A stretch of 64,000 nt of DNA from [Phormidium] sp. ETS-05 (GTDB lineage Bacteria; Cyanobacteriota; Cyanobacteriia; Cyanobacteriales; Laspinemataceae). The DNA lies in contig NZ_CP051168.1 of assembly GCF_016446395.1 (NCBI RefSeq), forward strand, positions 3,685,579 through 3,749,578. The letters run 5' to 3'. Both the position numbers and the translations under genes were made by a program. Under the pieces are notes generated by a model. The model saw only the letters and a program-made list of their open reading frames with translations, was not told the DNA's origin and ran no database searches. How positions within the stretch are numbered: position 1 is the first letter of the stretch; every line of letters starts with the position of its first letter. Of this stretch, positions 1 through 9,018 are shown one piece after another.

Positions 1-900
1 ACTACTGGAAACCTCGAAGAATATCCCTATTCTTCTGGTGGTGCGTTACCTCGCATTGTCCCCAACGCCCTGCGGTTCAAAACTACCAAAAATACTGGCA
101 CCATTAACCCAACTACCAACGGTAATGCGGTTTATGGTAATGACAGACCTCTGTTTTACGTCAAGCAGCCCTTGACTGGAACCACAGAGCAACCCCTGCT
201 AGTCCCAATCTTGCAGCTATACATCAGTAATAACAATGCACCACCTAGCGGGGATGTTACTGCCTTCACCACCCTGATGACCAGCTCCAACCCCAATAAT
301 GAGCGAACCTATACCAAAAATCAAACCTATTGGCAACCAAGAGTTACCCAAGACCACACATTCAATCTTATAGTGGGAGCCAAAGACGTTCCCGCACGAA
401 CCTACGGTAATAATCCCCTCACAGCCACCACTGGTGAAACTAATGGGGGTTTACAAAACCTGCCCCGGTTTATGGAAAACTGGTTGCCATCTACTGCCAA
501 CAGCAGAACCACTAATATCCTGGGATCGTTCATCCAATTGGGTCGGAGCGAATACGCTACCGCCCCCTACCAGCCATTGCGGGGTAATGCCAGCATTTTT
601 GGCTTCAACCACCCCTATAGCAACTTCAACTCCACCGGTCGCATCCCCTACTTCAACCCACCCAACCGGAATTGGGGTTATGATATCGGCTTGCTCTCCC
701 AGCCGCCGGACTTATTCGCCGAAAAATTTACAGACAAACCTTCCACTGACGTTCCCAGTGAATTTTTCCGGGAAGTCCGCCGGGATGATGACTGGGTGAA
801 AACCCTCCTTTGCGCCGTGGAGGATAAGAGTGGCAAATATGCTGTCAGTGAAGACCAGCGACCCACTGAGTTCTGCATAGACAAAACTGGAGGTCTATAA
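1..900 (+). CDS. 3' fragment (runs off the left edge) of a large protein immediately upstream of the pseudopilin cluster; possible HpsA-like / pilus-associated protein
   Basis: The frame is open from position 1 to the stop at 898-900 with no upstream stop. Asn/Thr/Pro-rich sequence typical of a secreted protein. Directly followed (4-bp overlap, ATGA) by a prepilin gene. Confidence 0.5.
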   Translation, partial: TTGNLEEYPYSSGGALPRIVPNALRFKTTKNTGTINPTTNGNAVYGNDRPLFYVKQPLTGTTEQPLLVPILQLYISNNNAPPSGDVTAFTTLMTSSNPNNERTYTKNQTYWQPRVTQDHTFNLIVGAKDVPARTYGNNPLTATTGETNGGLQNLPRFMENWLPSTANSRTTNILGSFIQLGRSEYATAPYQPLRGNASIFGFNHPYSNFNSTGRIPYFNPPNRNWGYDIGLLSQPPDLFAEKFTDKPSTDVPSEFFREVRRDDDWVKTLLCAVEDKSGKYAVSEDQRPTEFCIDKTGGL

Positions 901-1574
901 TGAACAGACTACCAACTCTAAAGCTAAACCCGATTCGCCGTGGTGCTGTGTTTGGAAAGCACCACAGTGAACAAGGTGGCTTTACCATCATTGAGTCCCT
1001 CGCAGCGATTATCGTCGTCACCATTATGCTGGTGGGTATCACCCCTATGCTCGCCATTGCCGTCGCCACCCGCGTCCAGGCTCGCCGGGTGGAATTAGGG
1101 GCTCAAGCTGCCCGAACCTACATCGACCACCTGCGCACTGGTCAGCTAGACCATCCCACCGTGAGCAATACTCCTCTGGCGAATGCGGCTGCTCCCAGTG
1201 GCAGTTTGAGCTGTGACGGCAAAAATGGGAATTATTGCCAGTCACCATCAACTTTGTACTGCGTTGATGGTGATGGCGATAAAAACTGTAGGGCTGACAG
1301 CATGACCGATATGCTGGTACAAGGTGTGGGATACAACGCATTTTCCAATGATGCCACACGTGGCTACACCCTCCTAGTCAGGGTTTACAGGGCTGATGCG
1401 TTCAAAGACAGCACCCCACTAACCACAGCCTCGGTACAAGCCACCTTTACTGGCGGCGAAGGCAACCGGAAAGCTCCCCTAGTAACAAGCACTACAGAAA
1501 TCACAGGTGCGCAATATAGAGATTTCCGGTGCCGCTTGAATGAAGCTCGTGCCAGCGATGATTTTTGCCGATAA
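900..1574 (+). CDS. prepilin-type N-terminal cleavage/methylation domain protein (minor pilin / pseudopilin)
   Basis: GG|FTIIESLAAIIVVTIMLVGI shows the class-III signal peptide motif (G|F...E5) followed by a hydrophobic helix. An alternative GTG start at 948 would give a 10-aa leader. Confidence 0.7.
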   Translation: MNRLPTLKLNPIRRGAVFGKHHSEQGGFTIIESLAAIIVVTIMLVGITPMLAIAVATRVQARRVELGAQAARTYIDHLRTGQLDHPTVSNTPLANAAAPSGSLSCDGKNGNYCQSPSTLYCVDGDGDKNCRADSMTDMLVQGVGYNAFSNDATRGYTLLVRVYRADAFKDSTPLTTASVQATFTGGEGNRKAPLVTSTTEITGAQYRDFRCRLNEARASDDFCR

Positions 1575-1641
1575 TAACTCACAGCCACAGTGGCTGTAGA
1601 GACACAAAACACCAGCTAACCATCAACCCAGGGCGCTGACT

Positions 1642-2769
1642 ATGTTCCCCCAACTCCAACTCCACCGCAGAAAACACCCTAAATCAGCTCGTAAACCCAA
1701 AGGTTTTACCCTCATCGAGCTGCTGGTTGGCATTATGATATCCAGCGTGATTATCATGCCCTTGCTGGGATTGGTAGATAGCCTGCTGCGACAAGACCGC
1801 CAAGAACAAGTCAAAACCCGCAGCGAACAAGAACTAACTGCAGCCCTCGACTATATCGCCCGGGATATGCAGGAGTCAGTTTATATTTATGACCAAGCTG
1901 GGGTTAGTGAAATTGCTGACCAAATCCCCCAAGATGCCACTCCCGTTCTCGTCTTCTGGAAGCGGCGGTTTTTATCCCGAGATAGTTTTATCGACCACGA
2001 TAAAAATCCTGCAACCCCTACAAAACAAGTTGGTTGCCTGGAAAAATTTTCAGATGCAGTTACTGATGTAAATGACGAACCTCCAGGGAGTATAGATTGT
2101 GGAAGCTATCGGGGCAAAAACCAAGATTATAGCGTATTTTCCCTGGTAGTTTACTACCTAATTAATAACAATGACAATAATAGTAATGGCACTTGGGCGC
2201 CAAACGCCATGCGGATTGCCCGATGGGAAGTCAGCGGCGGCGTATCCACCGACCCTGCAAGCCAGAATAATCCATACACACCCCTAACCAGGAGTAGCGA
2301 TAGTGTTAGCTACCTGGCTTTGCCTGATAAAGGATTTCAGTTGTTTGATTTAAAGAATAATACAGGCACCCTCGCCCAGAAGATGGATGCTTGGGAAAAG
2401 CATCAGAGCGAAGGATATGACTTGAAACAAAACCAAATCGTCACCCTGGTAGATTATATTGATGCTAGCCCTGTCAGCACTTCAACAAATTTAACACCAA
2501 GTTGCCCTGCCACTTCCCCCCCGAATCCCACGAATCAAGTAGTCCCAGCCAGTGCTACCACGGGAACAGGCAGCTTTTATGCCTGTGTCCCCCAAGCATC
2601 CAGAAGCGCCAATAATACTACTCTTTCTAGACCCATAGCCCAAGTATTTATCCGGGGGAATTCTCTGCTGCGGATGGAAGATAACGCTACTTACAGCGAC
2701 AGTAAAAAAGTATATTTTCCTATGAGTAATGTCCGCGTTCAGGGGATTGGCTTAATAGGTAGTAATTAA
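1642..2769 (+). CDS. prepilin-type pseudopilin, large variant
   Basis: KG|FTLIELLVGIMISSVIIMPLLGL prepilin motif. Same orientation and operon-like spacing as the neighbouring pilin genes. Confidence 0.7.
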   Translation: MFPQLQLHRRKHPKSARKPKGFTLIELLVGIMISSVIIMPLLGLVDSLLRQDRQEQVKTRSEQELTAALDYIARDMQESVYIYDQAGVSEIADQIPQDATPVLVFWKRRFLSRDSFIDHDKNPATPTKQVGCLEKFSDAVTDVNDEPPGSIDCGSYRGKNQDYSVFSLVVYYLINNNDNNSNGTWAPNAMRIARWEVSGGVSTDPASQNNPYTPLTRSSDSVSYLALPDKGFQLFDLKNNTGTLAQKMDAWEKHQSEGYDLKQNQIVTLVDYIDASPVSTSTNLTPSCPATSPPNPTNQVVPASATTGTGSFYACVPQASRSANNTTLSRPIAQVFIRGNSLLRMEDNATYSDSKKVYFPMSNVRVQGIGLIGSN

Positions 2770-2829
2770 TCTTAGCAAAACCCTAAAAATTGGTCGATTT
2801 CACTTATAATTATTGTCGGAGAGTAGCCA

Positions 2830-3447
2830 ATGACCAACAGTTATTTGTTGCCCATCTTAAGCAAATCTCGACTTACCTACCACAAAAAAAATGCCAAGGG
2901 ATTTACCCTTTTGGAAGTGTTAGTGGTGGTGCTGATTATTGGTATTTTGGCAGCCACAGCCGGGGTGAGCTGGCTTAGCTTTGTCAACCGCCAGCGAGTG
3001 AGTGCTGTCCAAAATGCTGCCCTCCGAGCCATAGAAAAAGCCCAGTTAGAAGCCAGAAGCCGCCAACTGAGCTACAGCGTCAGCTTTAAAATCGAAGATA
3101 ATTTGCCTAAAGTAGAATTTAATGGTAGTGGAGTTTGGGAAAGTCTCGCAGCGGGTTTGGATATCAGATCCGGTCAAGTTTTGATGTGTACGAATCTCAG
3201 TGCTGCGAAAGCCAATCAAGTTGGCACACAAACCTGTAGCCCCACTGACCTAGCAACTGCCAGAACCATTCAATTTGATTATACCGGCACCCTCCCCACA
3301 GATACCACTTTACCCATAACAATCACTTTCGCCGACCCCGGTACTGATTATAGTGCTGGGATACCTATTGTTGCTAGCAAACGTTGTGTGAACGTGCAAA
3401 CTCTTTTGGGAGCGATAACCACAGGAATGGGAAGTGAATGCCCCTAG
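2830..3447 (+). CDS. prepilin-type pseudopilin
   Basis: KG|FTLLEVLVVVLIIGILAA motif. Probable RBS (GGAGAG) upstream of the ATG at 2830. Confidence 0.7.
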   Translation: MTNSYLLPILSKSRLTYHKKNAKGFTLLEVLVVVLIIGILAATAGVSWLSFVNRQRVSAVQNAALRAIEKAQLEARSRQLSYSVSFKIEDNLPKVEFNGSGVWESLAAGLDIRSGQVLMCTNLSAAKANQVGTQTCSPTDLATARTIQFDYTGTLPTDTTLPITITFADPGTDYSAGIPIVASKRCVNVQTLLGAITTGMGSECP

Positions 3448-3715
3448 GGGAGACAGGGTGACGGGGAGATGGGGAGCAGGGGAGCAGGGGAGCGGGGGAG
3501 CGGGGGAGCGGGGGAGCGGGGGAGCAGGGGAGCAGGGGACCCGCCACTCGACCAGGGGACCAGGGGACCAGGGGACCAGGAGTCTCCCCGTCCCCCCGTC
3601 TCCCCTAGCCTGCCCCCGCGTAGGCGTTGCCAGCGCGAAGCGCTTAGGCGGGGGTCTCCCCGTCTCCCCGTCTCCCCGTCCCCCCATCTCCCCGTCACAT
3701 ATTGGGGGTGAGACA
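3440..3715. repeat. G-rich heptamer tandem arrays (GGGGAGC / GGGGACC) arranged as a long imperfect palindrome with the complementary GTCTCCCC array
   Basis: Visible tandem runs: ggggagcaggggagcgggggagc..., then gaccaggggaccagggg, then ctccccgtctccccgtctccccgtcc. All three ORFs called here on both strands are repeat-derived. Confidence 0.8.
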
Positions 3716-3798
3716 CTCCATCCTTAACGGAGGGATGAGCGACTAAAATATAGCAGGGATGATTCCCACTCATCACGGGCAAATCAGGGTGTGAGGCG

Positions 3799-4344
3799 AT
3801 GCAAACCAAATCCAAAATGGTGCAGCCAGAGGAGCATGGCTTCACCCTGTTAGAGGTATTGGTCGTAGTTTTAATCGTAGGAATCTTAGCCACAGTTGCT
3901 GCTATCAGTTGGGATACTTTCGTCAGCTTTCAGGCGTTGAGAAATGCGGAAAATTTATTATACAACGCTCTTCAAGAAGCTAAATCAAACGCCGTCAGAG
4001 ATAGCATCAACTGGCAAGTAAGTTTCCGAGAAAAAGATAATGTTTCCCAATGGGCTATTCACCCCACAGAGCGTTCTCCAGTCGCCGCCGATTGGCAAGA
4101 TTTAAACACCAGAGTGCGGATTATAGACACAGACATCAACCCGAATGATTTAAATTACACCACTTTCTATTATAACAGAAACACTGGTGAATACCGAATG
4201 CAATTTAATCATCATGGCAATGCTAACGGACAGTTAGGAAAAATTACCGTAGGTTTGCGCCGTGGGGGTGGAGCGGTGCGGTGTGTGTTGGTTTCCACCC
4301 TCATCGGCGCCATGAGAACCGGCCAAGATGGTAGATGTAAGTAG
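3799..4344 (+). CDS. prepilin-type pseudopilin
   Basis: HG|FTLLEVLVVVLIVGILATVAA motif. Fourth pilin-like gene in the row. Confidence 0.7.
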   Translation: MQTKSKMVQPEEHGFTLLEVLVVVLIVGILATVAAISWDTFVSFQALRNAENLLYNALQEAKSNAVRDSINWQVSFREKDNVSQWAIHPTERSPVAADWQDLNTRVRIIDTDINPNDLNYTTFYYNRNTGEYRMQFNHHGNANGQLGKITVGLRRGGGAVRCVLVSTLIGAMRTGQDGRCK

Positions 4345-4361
4345 TAGCAAGGCGTGAGTCA

Positions 4362-4429
4362 AGAAACCGGGTTTCTAAAACGAGATATCTCTTACCTAGA
4401 GGGAGATTCTCCGCAGAAACCCGGTTTCT
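4362..4429. mobile_element. MITE-like palindromic element, family A (AGAAACCGGGTTTCT ... cgagat.tctc.tacc..gagggagattctccgc ... AGAAACCCGGTTTCT)
   Basis: Two copies of the 15-bp perfect palindrome flank a ~38-bp core. Related copies are at 7736-7800, 11559-11627, 13091-13110, 24416-24452, 37775-37800, 47683-47710, 50078-50125 and 60836-60905. Confidence 0.6.
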
Positions 4430-4469
4430 GAACTGCCACCCCTACAGACGGGGTGTGGTGAATGGGGGT

Positions 4470-6806
4470 TTAGTTGTTGCCACCCATGATGTTTTGCACG
4501 ATCGCCTTGCGGGCTTCTTCCGTCTTTTGCCGATCGAGCTTAAACACAATCACCCCCAGAGGCGGTAAACACAAATCCATAGAATAGCGATGATTGTGCA
4601 TCCACCACTCATCAGCCCATTTACCACCAAGGTTGCCCATCCCGCTACCGCCAAACTCTTTAGCATCACTATTAAACAGTTCCGTGTAGAAACCATGCTC
4701 CGGAACACCGACGCGGTAGTGGCTGTGAGGTTGGGGAGTGAAATTGCACACCGTCACGATAAATTCGTCAGAGCCTTTCGCCCGTCGAATGAATGACACC
4801 ACACTATGGCGGTTGTCACTGCAATCAATCCACTCAAACCCTGCCTGGTCAAAATCCTGGGTATAGAGAGCCGCTTCACTCTTATACAAATTATTCAACT
4901 GACTAAAAAAGTATTTAAGCTGCTGGTGAGGTTCATACTGCAAAAGCTGCCACTCCAAGTCTCCCCAGACGTTCCACTCACTCCATTGGGCAAATTCCAT
5001 GCTCATAAACATGGTTTTCTTACCAGGGTGACAGAACATATAAGTGAACAAAGCCCGGACGTTGGCGAACTTCTGCCAGCGGTCTCCCGGCATTTTGCCA
5101 ATCATATTGCTCTTACCATGAACTACCTCATCGTGAGACAAGGCGAGCATAAAGTTTTCGCTGTGGTTGTACCACATGCTGAAAGTGACATTATTTTGGT
5201 GGAACTGGCGGAACCAAGGGTCCATGCTGAAATAATCCAGCATATCGTGCATCCAGCCCATATTCCACTTCAGGTTAAAGCCCAAACCCCCCACATAGGT
5301 AGGCCAAGAGACCATTGGCCAGGAGGTGGATTCTTCCGCAATGGATAACACCCCAGGGAAATAAGAAAACAGGAGATGATTCACTTGACGCAAGAAGTCG
5401 GCGGCGTCGATATTTTCCCGACCGCCATACTGGTTAGGAACCCATTCTCCCGGTTTCCGGGCATAGTCCAGATACAGCATAGAAGCCACTGCATCCACCC
5501 GAATCCCATCAATATGGTATTTGTCAAACCAGAATAAAGCATTAGCCACTAGGAAGTTGCGCACTTCGTTGCGGCTGTAGTTGAATATCTTAGTGCCCCA
5601 TTCCGTATGTTCGCCTTTGCGGGGGTCGGCGTGTTCATAGAGGTGGGTGCCATCAAAGAAAGACAGACCGTGACCATCTTTGGGGAAGTGACCGGGAACC
5701 CAATCAACAATGACGCCGATACCGTGTTGATGGCACTGGTCCACAAAGTACATAAAGTCTTCAGGACTGCCATAGCGGGAGGTGGGAGCAAAATAGCCGG
5801 TGACTTGATAACCCCAGGAGCCATCAAACGGGTGTTCGGCGATCGGCAGCAACTCAATGTGAGTGTAGCCCAAGTCTTTCACATAGGGAATCAGACGAGC
5901 TGCCAGCTCCCGGTAGGTGAGGAAACGGGCTCCCGGCTTCAGTTCCGAGACCACCACTACCGGTTCCGGTGTGCCATCGGGAGCCAATGCTGGTTCCGCA
6001 GAGGAGGCATGGAGCCAGGAACCGAGGTGACATTCATATACCGATACCGGCTGAGTAAGAGGGTCCGTGTGGCGGCGTTTGTCGAGCCAGTCGCCATCGT
6101 TCCAACTATACCGGCTCAGGTCAGCGACGATCGAGGCAGTTTTCGGTCTTGGTTCTTGCTGGAAGCCATAGGGGTCGGATTTTTCATAGATATGGCCTTC
6201 ACTATTTTTGATTTCATACTTGTAGGCAGCACCCACAGTCAAATCAGGGATGAACAGTTCCCAAACCCCGTTCCCACCCTTGCGCATTTGGTGTTTGCGC
6301 CCATCCCACGAGTTAAAGTCACCTAGTAGAGACACATTGCGGGCATTAGGAGCCCAGACGGCGAAGTAAACCCCTTTCACCCCCTCCACTTCCATCAAGT
6401 GGGCGCCCAACTTCTCATAAATCCGGTGGTGGTTGCCTTCAGCAAATAAGTGAACGTCAAAATCCGTCAACTTCGGGTCACGGAAGGCGTAGGGGTCGTA
6501 TGTCACCCGCTCGTGTTCCCCTTCTTTGATCCGCAGTTGGTAGTTGATCAACTCCGACATTTCCGTGGTGCATTCAAAACTGCATTCAAAAAAGTGGGGG
6601 TTGTGGCTGGGTTCCATTGGGTATTCCTTCCGCTCTTCGGGAAGGATGACCGAAACAGCATTCGCATTGGGCAAGTATGCTCGGACCACCCAGGTGCTGG
6701 TTTTGCCGTTTTGGCTAATCAGGTGGGGACCGAGAACCGCAAACGGGTCTTGATGCTGGTTCCAAACGATCCGATCGATTTGCTCAGGGGAAATAGTAAT
6801 GGCCAT
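4470..6806 (-). CDS. glgB: 1,4-alpha-glucan branching enzyme
   Basis: 778 aa. The N-terminal [28 protein letters not shown] and GH13 catalytic-region motifs are characteristic of GlgB. Confidence 0.95.
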   Translation of the reverse strand: MAITISPEQIDRIVWNQHQDPFAVLGPHLISQNGKTSTWVVRAYLPNANAVSVILPEERKEYPMEPSHNPHFFECSFECTTEMSELINYQLRIKEGEHERVTYDPYAFRDPKLTDFDVHLFAEGNHHRIYEKLGAHLMEVEGVKGVYFAVWAPNARNVSLLGDFNSWDGRKHQMRKGGNGVWELFIPDLTVGAAYKYEIKNSEGHIYEKSDPYGFQQEPRPKTASIVADLSRYSWNDGDWLDKRRHTDPLTQPVSVYECHLGSWLHASSAEPALAPDGTPEPVVVVSELKPGARFLTYRELAARLIPYVKDLGYTHIELLPIAEHPFDGSWGYQVTGYFAPTSRYGSPEDFMYFVDQCHQHGIGVIVDWVPGHFPKDGHGLSFFDGTHLYEHADPRKGEHTEWGTKIFNYSRNEVRNFLVANALFWFDKYHIDGIRVDAVASMLYLDYARKPGEWVPNQYGGRENIDAADFLRQVNHLLFSYFPGVLSIAEESTSWPMVSWPTYVGGLGFNLKWNMGWMHDMLDYFSMDPWFRQFHQNNVTFSMWYNHSENFMLALSHDEVVHGKSNMIGKMPGDRWQKFANVRALFTYMFCHPGKKTMFMSMEFAQWSEWNVWGDLEWQLLQYEPHQQLKYFFSQLNNLYKSEAALYTQDFDQAGFEWIDCSDNRHSVVSFIRRAKGSDEFIVTVCNFTPQPHSHYRVGVPEHGFYTELFNSDAKEFGGSGMGNLGGKWADEWWMHNHRYSMDLCLPPLGVIVFKLDRQKTEEARKAIVQNIMGGNN

Positions 6807-6837
6807 GAAACTAGCTACCTAAAATGCAGTTAATAAA

Positions 6838-7130
6838 TTTGTCCTTAGTCACTTGTCCTTAGTCACTTGTACGGGCGAGAAAGCGAATCGCCCCTACTCC
6901 CTTGTCACTTGTCACTTGTCCCTTGTCACTTGTCCGCTAGAAACCACGCAGGTCAGCATAGTGCGACGCGATGCTGACGCGACGTCTTACGACGTTCGCC
7001 GATGTGCGGCTGACCTCCCTGCGACAAGTTTGGGTTTTTCACCAAGATTTGGTTAAAAAACCCCTCCGACAAATGACAAATGACAAAGGACAAATGACAA
7101 ATGACAAATGACAAATGATGGATGGCAAGG
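6838..7130. repeat. STRR-type heptamer tandem repeats (GTCACTT/GTCCTTA, then GACAAAT array)
   Basis: gtccttagtcacttgtccttagtcacttg ... cccttgtcacttgtcacttgtcccttgtcacttgtcc ... gacaaatgacaaatgacaaaggacaaatgacaaatgacaaatgacaaatga. Confidence 0.85.
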
Positions 7131-7235
7131 GAACAAGAAGGCTACGCCGACCTGACGGTTCGTGAGGGACATTGGTATCAAGATACAACAAGAAATGTTA
7201 AAAATTTTAAAAAAATGTAAATCAAACCGGCAGTG

Positions 7236-7470
7236 GGAGACGGGGAGGGGCAAGGGGGCAAGGGGGCAGGGGGAAGATGGGGAAGATGGGGAAGATGGGG
7301 AAGATGGGGAAGATGGGGAAGATGGGGAAGATGGGGAAGATGGGGAAGATGGGGAAGCAACCATCCTCCCACCCCTCCCACCCCTCCCCATCCTCCCAGT
7401 CTCCCCTGCTCCTCCGCCCCCCTGCTCCCCTGCTCCTACAATCCCGGGGGGAGAGGTTCGTTACATAGGG
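7236..7470. repeat. G-rich tandem array (GGGGAAGAT x9, GGGGCAAGG) followed by the complementary C-rich array (CTCCCACCC/CTGCTCC)
   Basis: ggggaagatggggaagatgggg... then ctcccacccctcccacccctcccc...cctgctcccctgctcc. Overlapping ORFs on both strands are spurious. Confidence 0.8.
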
Positions 7471-8233
7471 AGTGAACCTCGGAGATGCGATCGAACAGCC
7501 AGGGATAATCCTGGCGGTAGGAACCCACCAGAGATAGGGGGCTGAGGAGGGCGGCGGCGGCAATATCCGCCACAGAAAGACTATTGCCCACCAAAAAAGG
7601 GTTGGAATGCCATCTCTCCCACAGCACATCCAAAGCCAAACCCAATCGCTGCTCCGCCAGAGCCACAGAAGCGGGAGTAATGCCATATTGCCGCCGCACC
7701 ACCTGAATCACCAACTGGCTGAAGGGACTGGTAGAGAAACTGGGTTTTTGGGAAACCGATCGCATCCTATCTGGCATTTTGTGAAGAAACCCGGTTTCTG
7801 AGCCCCCAGCCCGTCCGTGGTAGTACACGAATCTGGTGGCAGTCCCGATGCTCTCATCGAGCCAATCTTCCAGCATCGCGGCTTCCGTCGCCAAGGGAGG
7901 CGGAGGGATGAGGGGAGGTTCGGGGCGATAGGTTTCTAAAAACCGGAGAATTTGGCTAGAGTCGCCGATCGCCTCCGGTTGACCAGCCTCCTGGGGCAAT
8001 AAAACCGGAGTCGTAGTTAAACCCGTGAGGGGCTTAATCCGCAAAATGTGGAGACCGGGAGTGAGATTTTCCACCTCATAGAGGATTTTTTTGTAACCGA
8101 GGGCTAACCGCACTTTGCGGCAATAGTGAGAAGTGCTAAATTGCAACAGGCGCATGGGAAAAATACCAACTGCTAGGGAATATAACCTCTGGGGGAGAGC
8201 AAATCTTGCTTGCAAAACTCGCCATAGAACCAT
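7436..8233 (-). CDS. glutathione S-transferase family protein carrying an in-frame insertion of a degenerate family-A MITE
   Basis: N-terminal thioredoxin-like GST domain (SHYCRKVRLALGYKKILYEVENL...TPVLL...IGDSSQILRFLE) and a GST C-terminal domain. The segment SETGFLHKMPDRMRSVSQKPSFS is encoded by 7736-7800, which carries ggaaaccgatcgc...agaaacccggtttct. The start is ambiguous: the first in-frame Met is MVLW..., an internal Met is MRLLQF.... Confidence 0.6.
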   Translation of the reverse strand: MVLWRVLQARFALPQRLYSLAVGIFPMRLLQFSTSHYCRKVRLALGYKKILYEVENLTPGLHILRIKPLTGLTTTPVLLPQEAGQPEAIGDSSQILRFLETYRPEPPLIPPPPLATEAAMLEDWLDESIGTATRFVYYHGRAGGSETGFLHKMPDRMRSVSQKPSFSTSPFSQLVIQVVRRQYGITPASVALAEQRLGLALDVLWERWHSNPFLVGNSLSVADIAAAALLSPLSLVGSYRQDYPWLFDRISEVHSLCNEPLPPGL

Positions 8234-8369
8234 TCCGAAATTAGCAGACCCACGAAGCCAGTGCTAGTATGTTTCAATCCCTGAAAGGGGTTCGGGTAAA
8301 TTTTCTCCCTCCCCGTCACAGTACCATGACCCTTGTTATTCGTCAATTCCCTGATATAGGAGAAAGCTG

Positions 8370-9005
8370 ATGACTGCTGCGCTAAAAAACCCCGGTATGA
8401 GTAGAACCAGGAGCCTTGTACCTTTGCCGGGAGGCAGGGCGGGATTAGCCAAAAATCTCCCCAATGGGGTGCGAAAGAAGATTGTGCCCCTGCGGCCCAT
8501 TGCCCCGTCCCCCCGTCCAGAAGTCCCCCGGTCGGTGAGCGAACCGATAGGTCGGCGAAGCCCAGCCGAACCGCCGTCCCCCCGTCTTCCCCGCTCAGGG
8601 GTAGCAGCCAGAGTGGCTCGGATTGACAAAAAAGCCCCTGTGTGGTCTCAGCCCTGGTGGCTGCGAACGATCGCCAGCATCTACTCCATCAGTTCCATCA
8701 CCACAATTCTGTTAGGAGGAGCAGCCTTGACCATGTATGCCAGCACGGTTTACCACCAACAGCAGTGGAGCCAAGAATATGGTAAGCTAGAAAACCTGCG
8801 TCGGGAAGAGCGGCAGCTAAGCGCCACAAACGAAGTATTGAAAAACAGCATCGCCGAAAGCGCCGAACAACCGGGCACTGGCCTAGTCCCCCCAGAAGCA
8901 GCGCCCACCATTGTTCTGGAACCAGCACCGCCGTCTCCTGCCGCCGCCCCCAAACCAACCCCCACCAGAATGGCGCCCCTGGTTGAAGAACCACTGGGAT
9001 ATTAA
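8370..9005 (+). CDS. FtsL/DivIC-like cell-division protein (single transmembrane helix plus coiled coil) upstream of ftsI
   Basis: TM helix TIASIYSISSITTILLGGAALTMYA is followed by the coiled coil LENLRREERQLSATNEVLKN. It sits directly 5' of ftsI, as ftsL does in other bacteria. The Pro-rich N-terminus overlaps a G-rich repeat, so the start is uncertain. Confidence 0.4.
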   Translation: MTAALKNPGMSRTRSLVPLPGGRAGLAKNLPNGVRKKIVPLRPIAPSPRPEVPRSVSEPIGRRSPAEPPSPRLPRSGVAARVARIDKKAPVWSQPWWLRTIASIYSISSITTILLGGAALTMYASTVYHQQQWSQEYGKLENLRREERQLSATNEVLKNSIAESAEQPGTGLVPPEAAPTIVLEPAPPSPAAAPKPTPTRMAPLVEEPLGY

Positions 9006-9018
9006 TAGGAGGTGGCTC

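Noticed and set aside
3310-3893. Three overlapping ORFs (125, 97 and 149 aa) on both strands.
   Set aside because: All are translations of the G-rich/C-rich heptamer palindrome (GERGSGGAGE..., SPAPPLP...), and all three frames are open simply because of the repeat composition.
4590-6833. Plus-strand ORFs (180, 239 and 127 aa) inside glgB.
   Set aside because: They are antisense to a very well supported 778-aa glgB and carry no motifs.
7053-7686. ORFs of 112, 127, 154 and 80 aa with HLP/MGK/WGR/SSP repeats.
   Set aside because: These are translations of the GGGGAAGAT and GACAAAT tandem arrays in different frames, and they overlap each other.
8911-9018. ftsI start at 8911 as in the ORF track.
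   Set aside because: It would overlap the upstream ftsL-like gene by ~95 bp and lacks an RBS. ATG 9019 has AGGAGG at -8.
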